Shown here: positions 46,301 to 51,307 of the stretch, piece by piece | Layout: each line of letters opens with the position of its first letter | Position numbering within the stretch: position 1 is the stretch's first letter | From: Phoronis australis | Lineage: Eukaryota; Animalia; Phoronida | Direction of reading: 5' to 3' | Length of the DNA: 51,307 nt | Assembly (NCBI GenBank): GCA_002633005.1 | Contig: NMRA01000049.1 | Location: 252,004-303,310, forward strand | Made by a program: the position numbers and the translations under genes | The notes under the pieces: model-generated | What the model was told of the DNA's origin: nothing | The model's database searches: none | Seen by the model: the letters and a program-made list of their open reading frames with translations, nothing else

Positions 46301-49300
46301 TTTTGAATATATGATTCAAAACAAACAAGTTTTGTATTAAAAATAATAGATCATAGCTGTGAGTGTTAACGTTGTTTTGTAAACAGGTCGTAAAAATCTG
46401 CAGTTGCTCGAGAAATAAGGAATGATTGTAAGTTTTAACTGACTGGGAACTGATGTGGAAACATCTACTGTCTTGGAGCATTGTGATTGACGGTCATTTC
46501 CAAAGTTTTTGAGCATCTTTGTGTTCCTGTCATAACCCGGTCTTGTCCTCAAAAACTCAAGCGTGACCCTCTGAGGTGATTGGCATTTAGAATAACGCCA
46601 TTAACTGTAAAGTGGAGCGATAAAGAACACAGGTGCTGACGACATTTTCCATACGTTTGGGCGTCCATGAATGTGTGTCAAGCACCAAGGCGGTCTGTCT
46701 GTTATAATTATATGTCTCCAGCAGCACTTCCGACATTTCGCCGCTTAATAGTTATCATTATGAGGCCACGCTCCTCCGTTCTTGAGTTGTTGCCGACTAA
46801 CGAGCCAGCACTACTCAATTCAAAGGCAATGCGCACTTTGGGGTTCAACTCCAGGCCCCGGAGTTCTCGAGTCATTTGGTAACGGAAATAGAATCCTGTC
46901 ACAGTAAGGAATATTACGAGACCACTTTTATGAGAGCAAAAGACTAATGTTTCACTTGCCATGTAACCGAGCGAAATGTAGAAGGCGCATCAAAAAAGTA
47001 TCAAAGATGCCTCTTTATGATAAAAGTGTACAACACCAGCGCCCTCTGTCGAAACAACTTTACAGCCGCGACACCTACCGCTACAAAATTGCTCTAGGCC
47101 TACATGTGGTCCTTGCTCAGCTAAGAGCTGATTTCAGTCAAAGCTTGAAAAGAACTGACAGGTCGTCATTGCTTCAGCCATTGAGTTCAATGTTTGCGAC
47201 AGTGGATTATATAGTCTCATACGCTGCGGAAGCAATATGGACGCCAGCTAGTCCAATTTCAATCCAAACAAAGAATAACAATGGATTGGCGTTGCTATCG
47301 GAACAGGTACTGTTAAAAATGTTGTTTTCGAAACCAAAACTTGCTTTAGCCGCTTTAAATCTCAGTTATGGCCATGCGCTCCAACTCTGGAGGAAAACCG
47401 CCTTCATTTGTAGCACTTTCTCCGACCGACCAAACTAGAACATTCAGCTTACGCGATCAACAATTGTCACAGCGCGAGTTCCTTTACTTTTGTCGCAGCA
47501 GACTGGATCAGCGTGCGCCATTTACACGTGTCATCTGCGCCTTGTGTGGATGCGGGTTAGGGGAAGAGAAATACTCAGTCACCTACTCACAATGCGCTAG
47601 TGTTGGCGTACGATCCCAGATTCGCCGAGAAACCTCAGGCGGTCACCCTGCGACTGAACTTGCTGAAGTCAGTAGACGACATGGCGAGCATCGCACCATG
47701 CAAGCATTCAGGTATGCGAACTCCTGCTGTAAAAACTAGTTGATAGTTGCATTCGCTTATAGGCGAAGGAAAGCGCCGAGTTATGCCAAGTTTATCGCCG
47801 CTTATCCAGAAAATCGTCTAAAACCCGAGTTCAGTCCGAGAAGCGAACAATACAATTGATCTCTCATCTTGTCTCTTGCTCAAATGGGAAGTAATTTCTG
47901 GGATTTCAAAGAACTGACATTTCATTTTCCTTGAGTCTGGCCTCAGGTAACAGCTTGTTGTTTCGAAGCTCTGACTGAATTCGCCTCAATTTTTTGAAGG
48001 AAGATGGGTAGCTGCTTGATCTTTGAAATGAGCTATCTAGTTCATTGATCTTTGTGCATTCAATTTGTTTGCGATGCCCCTCAGGGCTCCTACGCCTTGG
48101 TCAAAAAGACGGTCGTTTTTTAGTTGCTTTTTTGTTGCCAAACTATTCATTAACGTGGTTATGAATGCTGGAATTTAATTTAAATATGACTGTTCGAGCA
48201 CGCGTTAGTCTGGATCAATGTCTTGTTACAACAATGCAGTGTCGCCTTTGCAATAACGTCGTGCCTTCGGCCTTCTTCGCTACGACCGAACTTGCGACCT
48301 TTCATAAAACGGCCCCCGTCCTATGTCCGGTCATTTACTTAAGACGGTCATGATTAAATTTTTTACAGGCACGCAGTTCTTAGATTCAAGTTTACGTCGG
48401 TTGCAATGTTTCGCTCTTGCAATAACGTGCTTACGATAGTATTCCCATTTGGTGTGCGACCTTTGGTAGAATGGGCCCAGGGTTATGAAATGTGTGACTT
48501 TCAAGTGAAAATTTTGTCACCAGAAGAAAATGAAGAGAGAAATTCAACCGTGCAAATTAAAACTTGTTTTCTGGTTATTCAAGAACTGGAGTGCCTATCA
48601 CAATGAAATAGAACCATTGTTGCGAAAACGCGTTCACATCTAAACTCTAAGATAAAAGAGAGCAATAACATTGATGAAGCTAAAATCACAACACGTATTA
48701 CATTGTAACTGCGATAATTGCACCATTTTCCATGTTTCTAGAACCCGAGAAATTATGTTTCTGTATCTCAGTGACTTTGTGGTCGACCAAAGACCCCCCG
48801 GTTGGCGAGACTGACATTTCTCAACCATCACTTTCACTGATGACACGTGTTTTACATCATGGACACTTAACTTTAATGCAGTTTGATAAAGCTAATGTTT
48901 CACAGGATGGAGATAAGTGGACTTAACCGAGCTTGTCCACGGGTGATTTTTCACTTTTTTATTATTGAAAAACTTACGCGATCACGATACTCACATGAGT
49001 GCATGGGAAGTTTTTTTCATCCATTTCCAAGAATCATTTTGATTTCAGGGTTTGTGTTTTTTCTTCAAGAACGGTTTACGAGTTATGTACTTTAAAATAA
49101 CGTGAATACACGTGTATGCGTTGAAAATTTCGACACATTGTTTTTTCAAAGCGTTGTCTTTTGGTTAAGGAAACTCGTGTGATGTTCAAAATAATGACCA
49201 TGATGCTGCGTCCACGTGCTGTCCTAGCAGAAGGCAAAAACGACATTTGATTCGTCATCTGAAAGCTCGCGAGACGGCTGCTCTGCCTTCTTCTTGTCTG

Positions 49301-50234
49301 CTCCCAAATAAGTCTGAGGTCTGCTTTTTTACCGTAATAAAGCTACTTTCCAATGACACTCGTGGTGGTCGCACGCGTCATTAGCCAGAATATTAGCAAT
49401 TTGCACTGTAATCTTACGTTATACGCGCAGGACGACAGATAGGACGCCTTCGTGAACTTTCATTTCACGCGACTGATCTGCCTTGTGGGCTGTCCCGTGT
49501 GCCTTCTTATAGAAATTACAGGTGTGAACGCGGCACGCGATTGCTCGTCGGTGTGCATTGGTCACCACTCCACCACACGTTTGTCCGGTAAACTTTTTCT
49601 CCATGTAACCTAAAACCCTCCGCACACTAGGCAACGAGATTCAGAGTATCAAAGTCAAATGCTGAGAGGAGCGATAGTTTACTATTCAACTCAACTTTAT
49701 GATGAACATGGTTCTGTTATCACATGAACCAAAAGTCGTGGTGAAATATCAGGACAGTTGTCGACAGTTTGATGAGCTGAGGCTACCGAGTCGCGAACCG
49801 CAGAGTGCGGTAAGCTTTGGACACACGCATTGGACTTCGTGTACAATAAGAGCGTCATTGCGGTCTCATTACACGCATTTGTGTAACGCGTATTGACAAG
49901 ATGTATATTGCATTTGTACATTGTACAATACATGTAAATTGTTAACAACATTAGATTTGCGATGATTTCACCGACAAATGAGATCCACACACTACGACGA
50001 TAACTACACGTAACCGTAATCAACTCTAAGTATGAGAACAATGCCGTCATTTAGGGCGTTTTGGTTGATCGAACAAATCCCGTGAGAAACGGTTAAGCTC
50101 ACAGCAATAGCATGTGGATTTTACCATGGAGTAGAAAAGTAAAATTAATTTCAATCTCATTTTAAGTATTATGTCCCAGAGACTACATAGCCGAAGTTTG
50201 AGTTCGAGAGTATTATTATTCTAAAGTAAGTCCC

Positions 50235-50724
50235 TAGCCTTGTCCCCAAGCCTCAAGATGGCGCTTATCAGTTTAGCTATTTGAGGCTTGGTTATGGGAA
50301 AATCAAATGGGTCGAAATTCTGACACCTTTTTACGGAAATCGCCGGAATATGACGAGTAATATAACTTTGAAACTTTCTGCAGTATAAAAATGAAAACTA
50401 ACGGTATATTGTAGCAATTATGGTCTAAACTATTGCAAAAATATGTACTTTTGTTCGAAAGCGGATTAAAATTTCTGATACTATTAATAAAAAAGATTTG
50501 GAAATAACTACGCCAACACCCTTTATTTCAAACAATAACAAAAACAATGCCTTCTGCTTCATGAATGGCAGCGACAACGCCTGTGAAAATAATTATAATC
50601 TGCCTTTGTTTTAATGACGTCAAAGCAGCGGCCAGTGAGTCATTGCGCAGAAGGTAATTCCGACAACCAGGCCTCAAATGGCTAAACCGATCAGCGCCAT
50701 CTTGAGGCTTTGGGGACGAGGCTT
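50235..50724. mobile_element. 490-bp MITE with long TIRs and 9-10-bp TSD (Academ-like)
   Basis: ~65-bp TIR TAGCCTTGTCCCCAAGCCTCAAGATGGCGCTTATCAGTTTAGCTATTTGAGGCTTGGTT / AACCAGGCCTCAAATGGCTAAACCGATCAGCGCCATCTTGAGGCTTTGGGGACGAGGCT; flanks agtaagtccc / agttagtccc. Confidence 0.85.
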
Positions 50725-51307
50725 AGTTAGTCCCGTCTCCCCTTTTACGAGAATGATAAAACGCCAATTGCGTTAAAGGGACATTAACGGTTTTAAGACC
50801 GAAAAACCCATTTTTAGGATTATTGTTGGATGGGATATTGAGTTCTTTAGGTTATTATATTGAACCACAGCTATGCCAACATAATCGGTTGTGGTTTTGT
50901 GATTTTATTACAAATCGCCAATCGTCTCACCGCTGATTGGCAGATATTGGTTGACGAGTAGAGTAGATGAGAGCGATCTCGTGTCCTTGCTGTACGTGGT
51001 GTGGACGTGGAACGATCGGCATGGAAGTGGATGAACGCCAATGGTGTTCTTAGTCTTTTTTGTGGGATGAGACGCTAGCTAGATGGCAACAGCGTCGTTG
51101 TCTAAGTTCTTGGATATTGTTTGACTCGCATGAAGCTGGGTTAATGGCAACAGCATTCATGATTGTCCTTGGTTGTTTTCATACTTCCCCGTTGGGACAG
51201 TTTGTGATCAGTTGAACAGGGCCAGAATCCTTGGTGCTCCTGGTACGGGCTTGTCACAGAAGTTTGGCTTAATTCTTGTCCTTGGATGTCTTTATACGGC
51301 CCCGTCG

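Noticed and set aside
46667-47739. ORFs of 71-163 aa as a nested gene or further GPCR exons
   Set aside because: No recognisable motifs, no TM3-TM7 signatures and no convincing splice framing
49699-49780. Box C/D snoRNA (ATGATGA...CTGA)
   Set aside because: No terminal stem, internal boxes in the wrong order, no recognisable rRNA antisense element, and an atypical host gene

Overview
AT-rich, intron-rich animal genomic DNA, most likely from a non-vertebrate bilaterian (a spiralian or invertebrate deuterostome; the taxon cannot be fixed from the sequence). Manual splicing gives four genes, all with GT-AG junctions and consistent phases. (1) CSTF2/CstF-64 on +: 8 exons at 2066-10752, with the 5' exons upstream of the window. 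(2) AFG1L/LACE1 mitochondrial ATPase on -: 13 exons at 26614-14842, 456 aa. (3) SNX3/SNX12 PX-only sorting nexin on +: 4 exons at 26684-31081, 163 aa. It is head-to-head with AFG1L, with only 69 bp between the start codons. (4) The first coding exon (35575-35866) of a neuromedin-U/capa/pyrokinin (PRXamide)-type GPCR, followed by more than 15 kb of apparent intron. Introns carry many MITEs (MULE-like, PIF/Harbinger-like, Academ-like, hAT-like, pogo-like), tRNA-derived SINEs, a decayed LINE 3' end and minisatellites. Most ORFs in the supplied track are spurious. I found no clearly new multi-gene system. The best leads are regulatory or evolutionary: the compact AFG1L-SNX3 bidirectional promoter, a candidate autoregulatory intronic poly(A) site and an independent 8-aa repeat expansion in CSTF2, and a uORF-rich GPCR leader.
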